Of a DNA stretch of 64,000 nucleotides, positions 44,702 through 54,444 are shown piece by piece. The notes beneath the pieces are model-generated. The model did not search any database, was not told where the DNA came from, and was given only the letters and a program-made list of their open reading frames with translations. The position numbers and the translations under genes are program-made. Every line of letters begins with the position of its first letter. Within the stretch, counting starts at the first letter, position 1. Origin of the DNA: an uncultured Acidimicrobiaceae bacterium (GTDB taxonomy: Bacteria > Actinomycetota > Acidimicrobiia > Acidimicrobiales > RAAP-2); contig CAVWBB010000026.1 of assembly GCA_963753115.1 (NCBI GenBank), positions 439-64,438 of the forward strand, given 5' to 3'.

Positions 44702-45513
44702 CGGTCGTCGACCTCTGGGTCAACGCGCTCACCGGCAAGGCAGCCGCGGCCTTCATGGGCCAGGCCGGCAACGAAGGCATCCCCGAGCTCCTCGGGGGCG
44801 ATCTGTCGGCCTCCTCGACCCTGGCACAGCTCCTCGCCACCATGGATGCGTGTGGCGTCGACGTGGGCGTCATCGCCGCCGGCATCGCAGCCGAGGAGAC
44901 GGACGCGCTGCTCGCGGACGTGGCCGCGCACCCGGACCGGCTCCGCGTGGCACTCACCGTCGACCGGCCCGACCGGCCCGTACGGCAGGTCACGCGGCTG
45001 CGGGAGCTGGCCGCGCACCCCGCCGTTGCGCTGGTGCGGATCACGCCCCTCGTCGCCCAGTACCCGCTCAACGACAAGCTCTACTACCCCGTCTACGCCA
45101 CGTGCGCCGAGCTCGGCCTGCCGGTCTCGGTCAACGTCGGAATACCGGGGCCGCGCGTGCGCTCGGCCTGCCAGCATCCCGAGCTGCTCGAGGACGTCCT
45201 CATCGACTTCAAGGGGCTCACCGTCATCGGCGCGCACATGGGCCACCCCTACGAAAGCCTGCTGATGCAGTACATGCTCAAGTGGCCCGACCTCTACCTG
45301 TCCAACTCGGCCTACCTGGCCAAGTACATGGACCCCGCGCTTGTCTCCTTCATGGACTCCTCGCGGGGCATGGGCCGTGTCCTCTTCGCCTCGGACCATC
45401 CCTTCCTCCCGATGGACCGGGCGGTGGCTGCCGCCCGGGATCTCCCCCTCTCCGACGCGGCGGCCCAGGCCTACCTCGGCGGGACGGCCGCCCGCCTGTT
45501 GCACCTCGGCTGA
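44698..45513 (+). CDS. amidohydrolase-2 family metal-dependent hydrolase
   Basis: VDLWVNA...GAHMGHPY...LFASDHPF motifs (His/Asp metal ligands). The GTG overlaps the upstream stop. Confidence 0.8.
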   Translation: MTVVDLWVNALTGKAAAAFMGQAGNEGIPELLGGDLSASSTLAQLLATMDACGVDVGVIAAGIAAEETDALLADVAAHPDRLRVALTVDRPDRPVRQVTRLRELAAHPAVALVRITPLVAQYPLNDKLYYPVYATCAELGLPVSVNVGIPGPRVRSACQHPELLEDVLIDFKGLTVIGAHMGHPYESLLMQYMLKWPDLYLSNSAYLAKYMDPALVSFMDSSRGMGRVLFASDHPFLPMDRAVAAARDLPLSDAAAQAYLGGTAARLLHLG

Positions 45514-45565
45514 GCCGACACGCGCCCGCACGACACCGGCGCCCACTCCGCCGGCGGCGGGTACG

Positions 45566-46429
45566 GTGCTCGTCGTGGACCTCGGACGCGTGGGCGTGTG
45601 GTGGAGCGGCTCGTGGCGGGACCCGGACGATCCGGAGCGCAGCGTCGCCCCCGCCCTCGAGTCCCTCGGCTACGGGACGCTGTGGTCGTCCGGGCGCTTC
45701 GACCCGGGGCTCTCGCCGCACTTCGAGCGCCTCCTCGCCGCGACCGACCACATCCCCGTCGCCAGTGGGATCGTCAGCATCTGGGTCGGCGCGCCCGACG
45801 ACATCGGGCCCGCGGTCACTGCGCTCGAGGCGCGCTTTCCGGGGCGCTTCCTCCTCGGCGTCGGCACCAGCCACGGCGTCGCCGTGGCTGACTATGCACG
45901 GCCCTATTCAAAGATGGTGGGCTACCTCGATGCCCTCGACGCCCTCCCCACTCCGGTGCCCCCCACCCGTCGCGTGCTCGCCGCGCTGGGGCCCCGGATG
46001 CTCGAGCTCGCCGCCGCCCGCGCTGCCGGTGCCCATCCCTACTTCGTCCCGGTCGAGCACACGGCCGTCGCCCGCGAGATCCTCGGACGCGGCCCGGTCC
46101 TCGCCCCCGAGGTGGCCGTCGTCCTCGAGACCGACCCGGCCCGCGCCCGTGCACTCGCCCGCGGCTACGCGCAGACGTATCTCGGACTGCCCAACTACAC
46201 GGAGAACCTGCGGCGCTTCGGATTCGGCGACGAGGACATCGGCGGGGGCGGGAGTGACCGGCTGATCGACGCCGTCATTCCCTGGGGTGATGCGGACACA
46301 GTGGCCGCTGCCGTTCGGGCCCACCACGACGCCGGCGCCGACCATGTCTGCATACAGGTCGTCAGCGACCGCGAGACCTTCCCGCTGGACGTCTACCGGA
46401 CCCTGGCCGGAGTGCTCCTCGACCGTTGA
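45566..46429 (+). CDS. LLM-class F420-dependent oxidoreductase (TIGR03620-like)
   Basis: GVWW...LGYGTLW...LLGVGTSH...GADHVCIQV layout. The start is uncertain (GTG 45566 or 45575). Confidence 0.8.
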   Translation: MLVVDLGRVGVWWSGSWRDPDDPERSVAPALESLGYGTLWSSGRFDPGLSPHFERLLAATDHIPVASGIVSIWVGAPDDIGPAVTALEARFPGRFLLGVGTSHGVAVADYARPYSKMVGYLDALDALPTPVPPTRRVLAALGPRMLELAAARAAGAHPYFVPVEHTAVAREILGRGPVLAPEVAVVLETDPARARALARGYAQTYLGLPNYTENLRRFGFGDEDIGGGGSDRLIDAVIPWGDADTVAAAVRAHHDAGADHVCIQVVSDRETFPLDVYRTLAGVLLDR

Positions 46430-46460
46430 GCCGGACCGTGTCGGCCCCGGCCGCAGCCCG

Positions 46461-47093
46461 CTACGCCAGCTTGGGGCGTCGAGCCAGCTCGGCGGCGAGG
46501 GCCCGGAAGGCCCGGCCGCGATGGGACACCGCGTCCTTCTCCTCTGGCCGCATTTCGGCGAACGTCCTCCCGTCCGCACCGTCAGGCACGAAGAGCGGGT
46601 CGTAGCCGAAGCCGTTGGTGCCCCGGGGCTCCAGCGCGATGGACCCCGGCAACACACCTTCGGCCCAGACCTCCGAGCCGTCGGGGTAGGCGACCAACGC
46701 CACCGTCCGGAAGGCGGCGCGCCGCTCTCCCCCGCCGTCGTCGAGCCCGCGCAGTTCGTGCACGAGCTTGGCGACGTTGTCGGCGTAGGTGGCGTCCTCA
46801 CCGGCGTAGCGGGCCGAGAAGACTCCCGGCGCGCCGCCGAGGGCGTCCACTTCCAGCCCCGTGTCGTCGGCCACCGCCGCCATACCCGTCGCCGCCACCA
46901 ACGCGCGGGCCTTCAGGCGGGCGTTGCCGATGAGCGTGTCTGCGTCTTCCACGACTTCGGGCACGCCACGAGGACGAGGCAGGAGCTCCACCGGCAGCGA
47001 CGCCGACAGCACGGCAACGATCTCCTTGACCTTGTCGGGGTTTGCCGACGCCAGCACGAGCCGCTGCGGCTCCGCACCGTCGGATCCGCTCAC
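46461..47093 (-). CDS. rdgB: non-canonical purine NTP pyrophosphatase (RdgB/HAM1)
   Basis: [39 protein letters not shown] and SHRGRA motifs. The GTG overlaps the rph stop. Confidence 0.9.
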   Translation of the reverse strand: MSGSDGAEPQRLVLASANPDKVKEIVAVLSASLPVELLPRPRGVPEVVEDADTLIGNARLKARALVAATGMAAVADDTGLEVDALGGAPGVFSARYAGEDATYADNVAKLVHELRGLDDGGGERRAAFRTVALVAYPDGSEVWAEGVLPGSIALEPRGTNGFGYDPLFVPDGADGRTFAEMRPEEKDAVSHRGRAFRALAAELARRPKLA

Positions 47094-47842
47094 CGCCGCG
47101 GGGGCGCCTCGGCCAGGATGGCCGCCTGCATGTCGGTCAGCTCCTTGATGCCAGACTCGGCCAGACCGAGCAGCGTGTCGAGCTCTCCCCGGGTGAAGGC
47201 CATGCCCTCGGCCGTGCCTTGCACCTCGACGAATCGCCCGGCCCCCGTCATGACGACGTTCATGTCGACCTCGGCCCGGGAGTCCTCGACGTAGGGCAGA
47301 TCGAGCATCGGCACGCCGTCGATGATGCCGACCGAGACTGCGGCCACCGAGTCCGTGAGCGGATGTGTGCTGATCGTCCCCGCCTGCACCAGGCGCGTAC
47401 AGGCGTCGTGCAGGGCCACGTACGCACCGCAGATGGACGCGGTGCGCGTGCCACCGTCGGCCTGCAGCGCGTCGCAGTCGACGGTGATCTGCACCTCGCC
47501 CAGCGTCACCAAGTCGCACACCGCACGAAGCGAGCGGGCGATCAGCCGCTGGATCTCCTGGGTCCTTCCCGACTGCTTGCCCTTGGCGGCTTCACGGGAG
47601 GCCCGCTCCGGCGTCGAACCCGGCAGCATGGAGTACTCGGCCGTGACCCAGCCACGGCCCGTGCCCCGCATCCAGGGCGGCACCCGCTCCTCGACCGACG
47701 CCGTGCACAACACCTTGGTCTGCCCGAATGTCACGAGTACCGAGCCGGGCGCCATCACGGTGTAGTCACGGTCGAAGCGGACAGGCCGCAACTGGTCGAC
47801 GGCGCGCCCGTCCTGGCGCGCCGTGCGGGGATCTCCGCTCAC
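47090..47842 (-). CDS. rph: ribonuclease PH
   Basis: [32 protein letters not shown] and [16 protein letters not shown] motifs. GGGAGGAG lies 5 nt upstream of GTG 47842. Confidence 0.9.
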   Translation of the reverse strand: MSGDPRTARQDGRAVDQLRPVRFDRDYTVMAPGSVLVTFGQTKVLCTASVEERVPPWMRGTGRGWVTAEYSMLPGSTPERASREAAKGKQSGRTQEIQRLIARSLRAVCDLVTLGEVQITVDCDALQADGGTRTASICGAYVALHDACTRLVQAGTISTHPLTDSVAAVSVGIIDGVPMLDLPYVEDSRAEVDMNVVMTGAGRFVEVQGTAEGMAFTRGELDTLLGLAESGIKELTDMQAAILAEAPPRR

Positions 47843-47911
47843 GTCTTCTCCTCCCACTGGGCTCCTCTCGGTTTGGCTCTCCGCCAGGTCACCGCGACAC
47901 CGTAGGCGACC

Positions 47912-48346
47912 TCAGTTGCCGTGGGCGAAGGTCTCCGGGTAGGAGTGGGGCGAGATCTCCAGCGCGGCGTCGACGTCACGGTAGGTCTTGAGTTCAATCA
48001 CGTTCCCACTCGGATCAGCGATCTTGGCCTTGGTCTGCTCGGTGGGGAGTCCTTCGTCGTCTGTCGAGACGGGAACCAACCAGTCGACGCCGCCCGCAGT
48101 GAGGCGGGCGACCGCGGCGTCGAAGTCATCACGACCGAGCGTGACCCCGAAGTGACGCGAGCCCCGCTCGGTCGACGCGGCGACCTCGTCCGGTCTGTCC
48201 TGCAAGGTGACCTGCATGCCGAAGAACCACACGTCGGCGAATCCGGGGCGCGAACGCGCCGCCTCGCAGCCGAGCGTGTGCACGTAGAAGTCACGCGCCT
48301 CGGCCAGATCCCGGACGGGGATGGAGAGGTGGAGGATCGGCTGCAC
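47912..48346 (-). CDS. VOC (glyoxalase/bleomycin-resistance/dioxygenase) family protein
   Basis: ILHLSIPVRDLAEARDFY start and HFGV metal-ligand context. The track ORF is extended upstream. Confidence 0.75.
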   Translation of the reverse strand: MQPILHLSIPVRDLAEARDFYVHTLGCEAARSRPGFADVWFFGMQVTLQDRPDEVAASTERGSRHFGVTLGRDDFDAAVARLTAGGVDWLVPVSTDDEGLPTEQTKAKIADPSGNVIELKTYRDVDAALEISPHSYPETFAHGN

Positions 48347-48369
48347 GACAGGAAGCCTATGGCCCTCCC

Positions 48370-50253
48370 TCAGGCGCTGCGCCCCGCCGCAAACAGGACG
48401 CAGCGGGCCATGGTCAGCGGCTCGTGGCGCTTGGTCGGCGCACCGGCGACCGCACGACAGGGCGCCAGCGCAATGCCCGTGGCCGGGAGCGTGGACGGCC
48501 CTCCCGGCGCGATCGTCCACACCCAGGCGTCCCGCTCGAAGATGGGCGCCACGCCGATGGCCTTGGTGAAGAACCCCGAGGCATAAACGGGGTCCCGGCT
48601 CGAGCCGGTGATGACCACCTGGTTCACCTGCCACGAGAGCAGCGCCTGCCGCACGACCGCCAGTTCGGCCGGTGTCCCCGTGGGGAGGGCGGCACCGCTG
48701 ATCGACAGGTCGGTCAGGATCCGGCGGGCGGATCCCGGGGCACCCGCCCCGACCGGCCCTCCGAGGGGGCCGGGCGTCTTGAGCGCCCCACCGGCCAGGC
48801 GGAAGTGCATGCCTTCGGTGGCCTGCCACAGCATGGGTTGCGCCGATCCCGACACGGCGAAAGGAACAGTCAGCACGACGTCGTCCGCCGGCAACGTGGG
48901 CGCGCCCGAGCGCAGGTAGGCCGGAGTGTGCACCCGCACCACCCGCAACGGTGCGTCAAACGTGGCGAGCACGGGCCCCACCGCCACCACCGCCACGGCC
49001 GCCGTCGCCAGAGCGGCGATCACCGTCCGATGACCCGCCGACCACGACCCCGGCCGCCAGCGGGTGTCGTGGAGGACATCGAGGCCGACCGCGATCAGGA
49101 AGGCCAGGAAGAGCGTGAGCAAGGGTACGAACTGGTCCGGCAGTATCTCCTTGAGGATCGGCAGCATCGACAGATAGCGCCAGGGCAGCCACGGGTGCCC
49201 GAGCCACGAGGGACCGCCGAGGAGATAGCCGCCGAGGGCCAACCAGAACGTCACCGCCGCCAGGAACAGCAGCAACCACGTGAGCGGCCGGCGGCGGCCG
49301 ATGACGACGGACCCCAGTGCGACCAGGGCCACACCCGCGCCGACGTAGTCGGGCGGAGGGCCGGTGCGGCCGAGATAGCCACCGAAGCGGATGTACTCGT
49401 TGGCCTGCGCCGCGTACTGCCCCGGTGCGAGCAGTCCTGAGAGGGGGATGCCCGAGATCGGCGCCAACGCGAACAGCACCCCCGACACCGCCTCCGGTCC
49501 GGCGAGTCCGTACCAGGTCGGGTACGCCACCACCACCAGGGCCAGGCCGCCGGCCAAACCCAGCGCGGGAAGGGCATGCCCGGCGCGGGGCCGCAGCTGG
49601 CGCCAGCCGACCACGACGACCGCCGCCAAACCGACGGCGCCCAGGACAAGGCACATCACCAGGATCTCGGGCGAAATGAAGAACTGCACGATCAACAGCG
49701 CGGCCAGCAGCAGTCCGTCACGGCGAACGGAGTGCTCCTGGCGGATCACGATCTCGTACAACGTGGTGAAGAGGAAGGGTGGGATGACGAGAACCGTGAC
49801 CGAAACATGGCCGAAGGTGAGCGATGTGACGATCGCCGACGAGTAGCCGAAGACCAACGCCGCGGGGATGGCGGCGGTCTTCCAGGTGACGAGAGGGCGG
49901 ATGGCGGCGAAGCAGGCCCACGCGCTGAGCGCAGGGGCGAGGGTCAGGGCGACATTGGTCGCCAGCACCGGTCCGAAGAGCCACGTCAACGGAGCGGCGA
50001 CGACGCCGACCAGGGTGCCCGACGTGTTCGACAAGAGGTTGGCGCCGTGGGGGACGTTGACCGCGCTCGAAAAGAACACGTTGTGCAGATGGGCGATCGC
50101 CCAGGCCGGCCAGGCCATGAACCAGACCTCCTGCGCCGGATCGCCGCAACCGCACGTGAGTGCGGACGAGGGGTGGCCCGACCAGACGTGCCACCACAGG
50201 AGCACGGCGGGCACGCTGAAACAGACCAAGGCGAGGAGGTGGAACGCGACCAC
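48370..50253 (-). CDS. large polytopic membrane protein, possibly GT-C-like glycosyltransferase (family not recognised)
   Basis: At least 12 hydrophobic helices followed by a ~230-aa C-terminal soluble domain. The start is uncertain. GTG 50253 is the minimal start; in-frame ATGs at 50502/50508 would overlap the divergent gene. Confidence 0.55.
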   Translation of the reverse strand: MVAFHLLALVCFSVPAVLLWWHVWSGHPSSALTCGCGDPAQEVWFMAWPAWAIAHLHNVFFSSAVNVPHGANLLSNTSGTLVGVVAAPLTWLFGPVLATNVALTLAPALSAWACFAAIRPLVTWKTAAIPAALVFGYSSAIVTSLTFGHVSVTVLVIPPFLFTTLYEIVIRQEHSVRRDGLLLAALLIVQFFISPEILVMCLVLGAVGLAAVVVVGWRQLRPRAGHALPALGLAGGLALVVVAYPTWYGLAGPEAVSGVLFALAPISGIPLSGLLAPGQYAAQANEYIRFGGYLGRTGPPPDYVGAGVALVALGSVVIGRRRPLTWLLLFLAAVTFWLALGGYLLGGPSWLGHPWLPWRYLSMLPILKEILPDQFVPLLTLFLAFLIAVGLDVLHDTRWRPGSWSAGHRTVIAALATAAVAVVAVGPVLATFDAPLRVVRVHTPAYLRSGAPTLPADDVVLTVPFAVSGSAQPMLWQATEGMHFRLAGGALKTPGPLGGPVGAGAPGSARRILTDLSISGAALPTGTPAELAVVRQALLSWQVNQVVITGSSRDPVYASGFFTKAIGVAPIFERDAWVWTIAPGGPSTLPATGIALAPCRAVAGAPTKRHEPLTMARCVLFAAGRSA

Positions 50254-50467
50254 GCGCAGGCCGCGCTGGACGCGCCCGCGCCCGGCCGGAGGTGCCTCCG
50301 GGGGGCCCGCCGCGGCCGCGGCCGGCGACGGTTCGGCGTCAGCTTCTGGCCGGGTTGGGTGGGCGACGAGTCGTTTGCCGGATGCGTCGACACGTCCATG
50401 CGACTCGTCACCGTCGTCGAGCGTATCGCCGGGGCCTCCGGCCACAAGGTTCGTTCGGCGACTTCCT

Positions 50468-51634
50468 ATGATCGGCGTCGTGCCGGACGACCACCGTTGC
50501 ATCGTCATCGGAGCCGGGCTGCTCGGCCTCTCCGCCGCGTGTGCCATGGCGCACCGGGGCTGGCAGGTGCTCGTGCTGGAGGCCGCGGGGGCGCCGGGGC
50601 ACGAGCGTTCCGGCTCCAAGGGCGACGCGCGCATCTTCCGCCTCGGCTATCCCGATCCGCTCTACGTCGAGATGGCCGTCCTTGCCCGGACCCGCTGGCA
50701 GGACCTCCAGGCGGTGACGGGACGACGGCTCCTCCACGTCACCGGCCAGGTGACGTTGGGCGAGGAAGGCACATTGGACGCCATCGCCGAAGCGCTGGAA
50801 GCCGCGGGTGCGCCCGTCGAGCGCGTCTCGGCCAGCACCGCGGCGCGACGCCTGCCTGGCATCGCCGCCACGGGGACGGTGCTCGTCGAGCCGGACTCGG
50901 GCGTGCTGGCAGCCGACGAGTGCCTCCGTGCGCTGCAGGAAGCGGCTGCTGTCGACCTCCGCACCGGCACCCGCGTCACGTCGCTGCAGCAGTCCCCGGA
51001 TTCGGTCACCGTCCGGACCGGAGACGGATCTGAGCTCCAGGCAGCCAGCGTGATCATCTGCGCCGGACCGGCCACCCTCGGGCTCGCCGGGGTCAGCGAG
51101 GCGGCGGTGGCGGCCGGCCCGTCGGTCCCCCAGGTGGCCTACTTCGCCCCCCGGCCCGATACCGACGTCGTCCCACCCGTCTTCATCGAATGGGGGGACG
51201 ACATGGTCTACGGCTTGCCGGTTCCGGGAGGCGGGCCGCACGCGGGCACGTTCAAGGTGGCCCAGCACGTCCCCGGCCCGGGCCTGCGTTCCTTCGATCC
51301 GGCGGATCCCCTCCCGCTCGTGGCCGACGACCCGACGCTTCTCGCGCCGCTGACCGGCGCGGTGGCACGCCTCCTCCCCTCGCTCGACCCGCGGCCGGTC
51401 GCCACAGAACGCTGCGTCTACGACAACTCCTGCGACACCGACTTCATCATGGATCGGGTCGGGCGGATCGTCGTCGGCTGCGGCACCAGCGGACACGCGT
51501 TCAAGTTCGGCCCGCTCCTCGGCGAGTTCATGGCCGACCTGGCCGAGGGAGGGCGCCCGGAAGTCGAGCTCAGCCGCTTCGGCCTCGCCCGCGTCGGCCC
51601 GCCGGCGCACGGACCGGCGCCCAAGTCCCGGTAG
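50468..51634 (+). CDS. FAD-dependent oxidoreductase (sarcosine / N-methyltryptophan oxidase-like)
   Basis: N-terminal IVIGAGLLGLSAA dinucleotide fold, and C-terminal GCGTSGHAFKFGP typical of the MSOX family. Confidence 0.8.
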   Translation: MIGVVPDDHRCIVIGAGLLGLSAACAMAHRGWQVLVLEAAGAPGHERSGSKGDARIFRLGYPDPLYVEMAVLARTRWQDLQAVTGRRLLHVTGQVTLGEEGTLDAIAEALEAAGAPVERVSASTAARRLPGIAATGTVLVEPDSGVLAADECLRALQEAAAVDLRTGTRVTSLQQSPDSVTVRTGDGSELQAASVIICAGPATLGLAGVSEAAVAAGPSVPQVAYFAPRPDTDVVPPVFIEWGDDMVYGLPVPGGGPHAGTFKVAQHVPGPGLRSFDPADPLPLVADDPTLLAPLTGAVARLLPSLDPRPVATERCVYDNSCDTDFIMDRVGRIVVGCGTSGHAFKFGPLLGEFMADLAEGGRPEVELSRFGLARVGPPAHGPAPKSR

Positions 51635-51643
51635 GTTGCGCCC

Positions 51644-52183
51644 ATGCCTCGCTACGTCGCGCTGCTCCGGAGCGTCAACGTCGCCGGCCACGGACGCCTC
51701 GCCATGGACGAGCTGCGGGCTTCGTTCGCTGTGCTCGGCTACACGGGAGTCACGACCTACATCCAGACCGGCAACGTCCTCTTCTCGACGGGATCCAAGA
51801 GCGAGGCGAAGATCGCCGCCACCGTTGAGCAACGCCTCGCGGAGGATTTCGGCGACTCGCCGGCAGTACTCGTCCGGAGCGTCGCCGACTTCCAGCGCAT
51901 CGGTTCCTCGAGTCCCTACGCCAAGGCGGGCGCCGACCCGGCGCGCCACCACGTGACATTCCTGGCGACGGCCCCCTCGAAGGCTGCACTGGACGCGTTC
52001 CAGCTCCCGAAGAGCGGACGAGACGAGCTCGTCGTTGACGGCAAGGAGGTCTACGTGCACACGCCGGACGGCTACGCCAACACCAAGTACACCGGCACCT
52101 TCCTCGAACGCCGACTTGGCGTCGTCAGCACGACCAGGAACTGGAACACGGTGACCAAGCTCTGCGCCCTCGCGGAGCGCTAA
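51644..52183 (+). CDS. DUF1697-family protein
   Basis: YVALLRSVNVAGHGRLAMDELR start is characteristic of DUF1697. Confidence 0.75.
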   Translation: MPRYVALLRSVNVAGHGRLAMDELRASFAVLGYTGVTTYIQTGNVLFSTGSKSEAKIAATVEQRLAEDFGDSPAVLVRSVADFQRIGSSSPYAKAGADPARHHVTFLATAPSKAALDAFQLPKSGRDELVVDGKEVYVHTPDGYANTKYTGTFLERRLGVVSTTRNWNTVTKLCALAER

Positions 52184-52236
52184 AGAGGCCAGGCTCGCAC
52201 CGCCGGGCGCACCGCGGGCGCACCGCCAGGCGCGGG

Positions 52237-54072
52237 CTACATGCCGTAGACGCTACGAATGACCTCGGAGATGGTCGTCGTGTCGTGGGCCACCAGGTTG
52301 ATGGCTTCCTCACGCAAGGTGCGCATGCCTTGCTTCTGGGCCTGGCGGCGCAGCTCGTCCTGCGTGGCCCAGCCCACGACCAGTCGCTTGATCTCCGGCG
52401 TCATCTGGAGGAGCTCGTAGACACCGATCCGGTCCAGATAGCCGGTGTGGCCGCAGTAGTTGCAGCCGGCACCGTGGTAGAACTCGGTCTTCGGCGCACC
52501 CTCCGCCTCCTCGTAGAAGGTCATTTCCTCCCGAGTGGGCGTGTACTTGGTCTTGCACGACGGGCAGATTCGGCGGACCAGCCGCTGACCGACGACGGCG
52601 ATGACCGACGAAGCGATCAGGAAGGACTCGATCCCCATGTCCAAGAAGCGGTGCAGCGCCGACACCGCGTCGTTGCCGTGCAGGGACGAGAGCACGAAGT
52701 GCCCGGTCAGCGCGGACTGCACCGCGATGCGGGCCGTCTCCACGTCTCGGATCTCCCCGACCAAAATCACGTCGGGGTCCTGCCGCAGAATGGACTTCAA
52801 CCCGTTGGCGAACGTCAGGCCCGCCTGCTCGTTGGTCTGGATCTGGTTGATCTTGGGAAAGACGAACTCGACCGGGTCCTCGATCGTCATGACGTTGCGG
52901 GACCGGTCGCTGACCTCGCTCAGGGTGGCGTAGAGGGTCGTGGTCTTCCCGCTCCCGGTCGGTCCGGCGCAGAGCACCATGCCGAACGGTGCCCGCACGA
53001 GTTGGGAGTAGCGCTCGTGGGTGTCGGTGGGCATGCCGAGGTCGTTGAGGCGGAGCACCGATCGGTTCTTGTCGAGGATTCGCATCACGCACTTCTCGCC
53101 CCAGATGGTGGCGACGGTGGCGACACGGACGTCGGTGTCCTTCCCGTCGATGTTCTTCGTGAACTGCCCGTCCTGGGAACGGCGCTTCTCCACGATGTTG
53201 ATCTCGGCCAGGATCTTGATGCGGCTGATCAGCCCGATCCCCATGTTGCTCGGGAGCTCGAGGACGTCCTTGAGGGCGCCGTCGATGCGGAACCGGACGT
53301 AAATGACGTCCTGCGAGGGCTCGATGTGCACGTCGGAAGCCCGGTCGCGTACGGCCTGCGTGAGAATGCTGTCGACGACCTGGACGACCGGTGCGTTCTC
53401 GGTGACGACCGTCGGGCTGTCGTCCTCGGCGGGCTGCTTCTTCCGCGAGCCCTCCACCGCCTCGAAGACCTGGACCATCTTGTCCACGCCGCCGATGGCC
53501 TGATAGCTGCGGTCGATGGCCCATCGGATGTCGGTGACGGGAGCGAGCGACAGCCGGATTGTTTGCCCGCTCGTACCGCCAAGCAGGAGCCGGATGTCGT
53601 CACTGGGTTGGGCGACGGCGACGTGCAGGCCGTCGTCGTCGACACGGATCGGGATGGCCAGGTTCTCGCGCGCCATCGCCTCGGGGACCAGGGCCAGCGC
53701 CTTCCTGTCGGGCGTGTCGCGACGAAGGTCGGTCACGGGCATCTCGAAGAAGTCGGCCAGGGCGTCGACCAGCCCGCGCTCGTCCAGGGCTCCGATGTCA
53801 ACGAGGACCTCGCCGAGGCGCTTGCCTGAGTCCTTCTGGGCTTCCAGTGCCGAGGCCAGCTGCGCTTCCGAGACGACGCCACGCGAGACCAGCACCTGCC
53901 CCAGGAGACCCTTCGGTGAAGGGGCGGGCGTCGGGGCGGCGAAGGCCGCCAGCGGCTTCTCACCGGACGCGGCCTCGTCGAACGGCCCGAGCTGAGGCCC
54001 GTCGTCGCGCTCGAGGGTGAGGACATCGCCGGTGGGCTCGGATGGGCTGTCGTCTCTGCGTCGAATCTTCAT
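52237..54072 (-). CDS. GspE/PilB-family secretion ATPase with MshEN-like N-terminal domain
   Basis: Walker A GPTGSGKTTT, Walker B ILVGEIRD, His box, and a tetracysteine CPSC...CNYCGHTG. The N-terminus carries tandem RLGxxLVxxGxL-type motifs. Confidence 0.9.
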   Translation of the reverse strand: MKIRRRDDSPSEPTGDVLTLERDDGPQLGPFDEAASGEKPLAAFAAPTPAPSPKGLLGQVLVSRGVVSEAQLASALEAQKDSGKRLGEVLVDIGALDERGLVDALADFFEMPVTDLRRDTPDRKALALVPEAMARENLAIPIRVDDDGLHVAVAQPSDDIRLLLGGTSGQTIRLSLAPVTDIRWAIDRSYQAIGGVDKMVQVFEAVEGSRKKQPAEDDSPTVVTENAPVVQVVDSILTQAVRDRASDVHIEPSQDVIYVRFRIDGALKDVLELPSNMGIGLISRIKILAEINIVEKRRSQDGQFTKNIDGKDTDVRVATVATIWGEKCVMRILDKNRSVLRLNDLGMPTDTHERYSQLVRAPFGMVLCAGPTGSGKTTTLYATLSEVSDRSRNVMTIEDPVEFVFPKINQIQTNEQAGLTFANGLKSILRQDPDVILVGEIRDVETARIAVQSALTGHFVLSSLHGNDAVSALHRFLDMGIESFLIASSVIAVVGQRLVRRICPSCKTKYTPTREEMTFYEEAEGAPKTEFYHGAGCNYCGHTGYLDRIGVYELLQMTPEIKRLVVGWATQDELRRQAQKQGMRTLREEAINLVAHDTTTISEVIRSVYGM

Positions 54073-54444
54073 AGTGGTTGCGCTGGGTCGGGGCGCCAGC
54101 TCGCGTCGCCGGTTCCGCCCACTCTCCTTGTGTTTCCATTGTCGGCGGGATGCCCGCCGCGCTTGAGGGGCAGGAGCGGGGATCGAGCACGCCTCCCACG
54201 GCGCAATTCGAAGCCGGACATTGCGCCTTTAGAATCCGTCCATGCGCTCGGAGCAACCCTGGGGTGCAGCTGGGAACGACGACGGGAACGCCCAGCATGG
54301 CCCGCACGAACGTGGCCCTGAAGGGACTTCGAGACGCCCCACCTTGAATACGGCTGTTCGGCGTCGGCGGGCCGACCGGGCCTTCTACCTCCGGCTCGCC
54401 GGGGCCATCAAGCAGAACAAGCGGGCGCTGCAACGGTTGCAGCA

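Noticed and set aside
46461-47519. 352-aa and 305-aa track ORFs (46461-47519 and 47912-48829) suggesting extended RdgB and VOC proteins
   Set aside because: The N-terminal extensions are Arg/Gly-rich and overlap rph or the neighbouring membrane-protein gene. Family similarity begins at GTG 47093 and GTG 48346 respectively.
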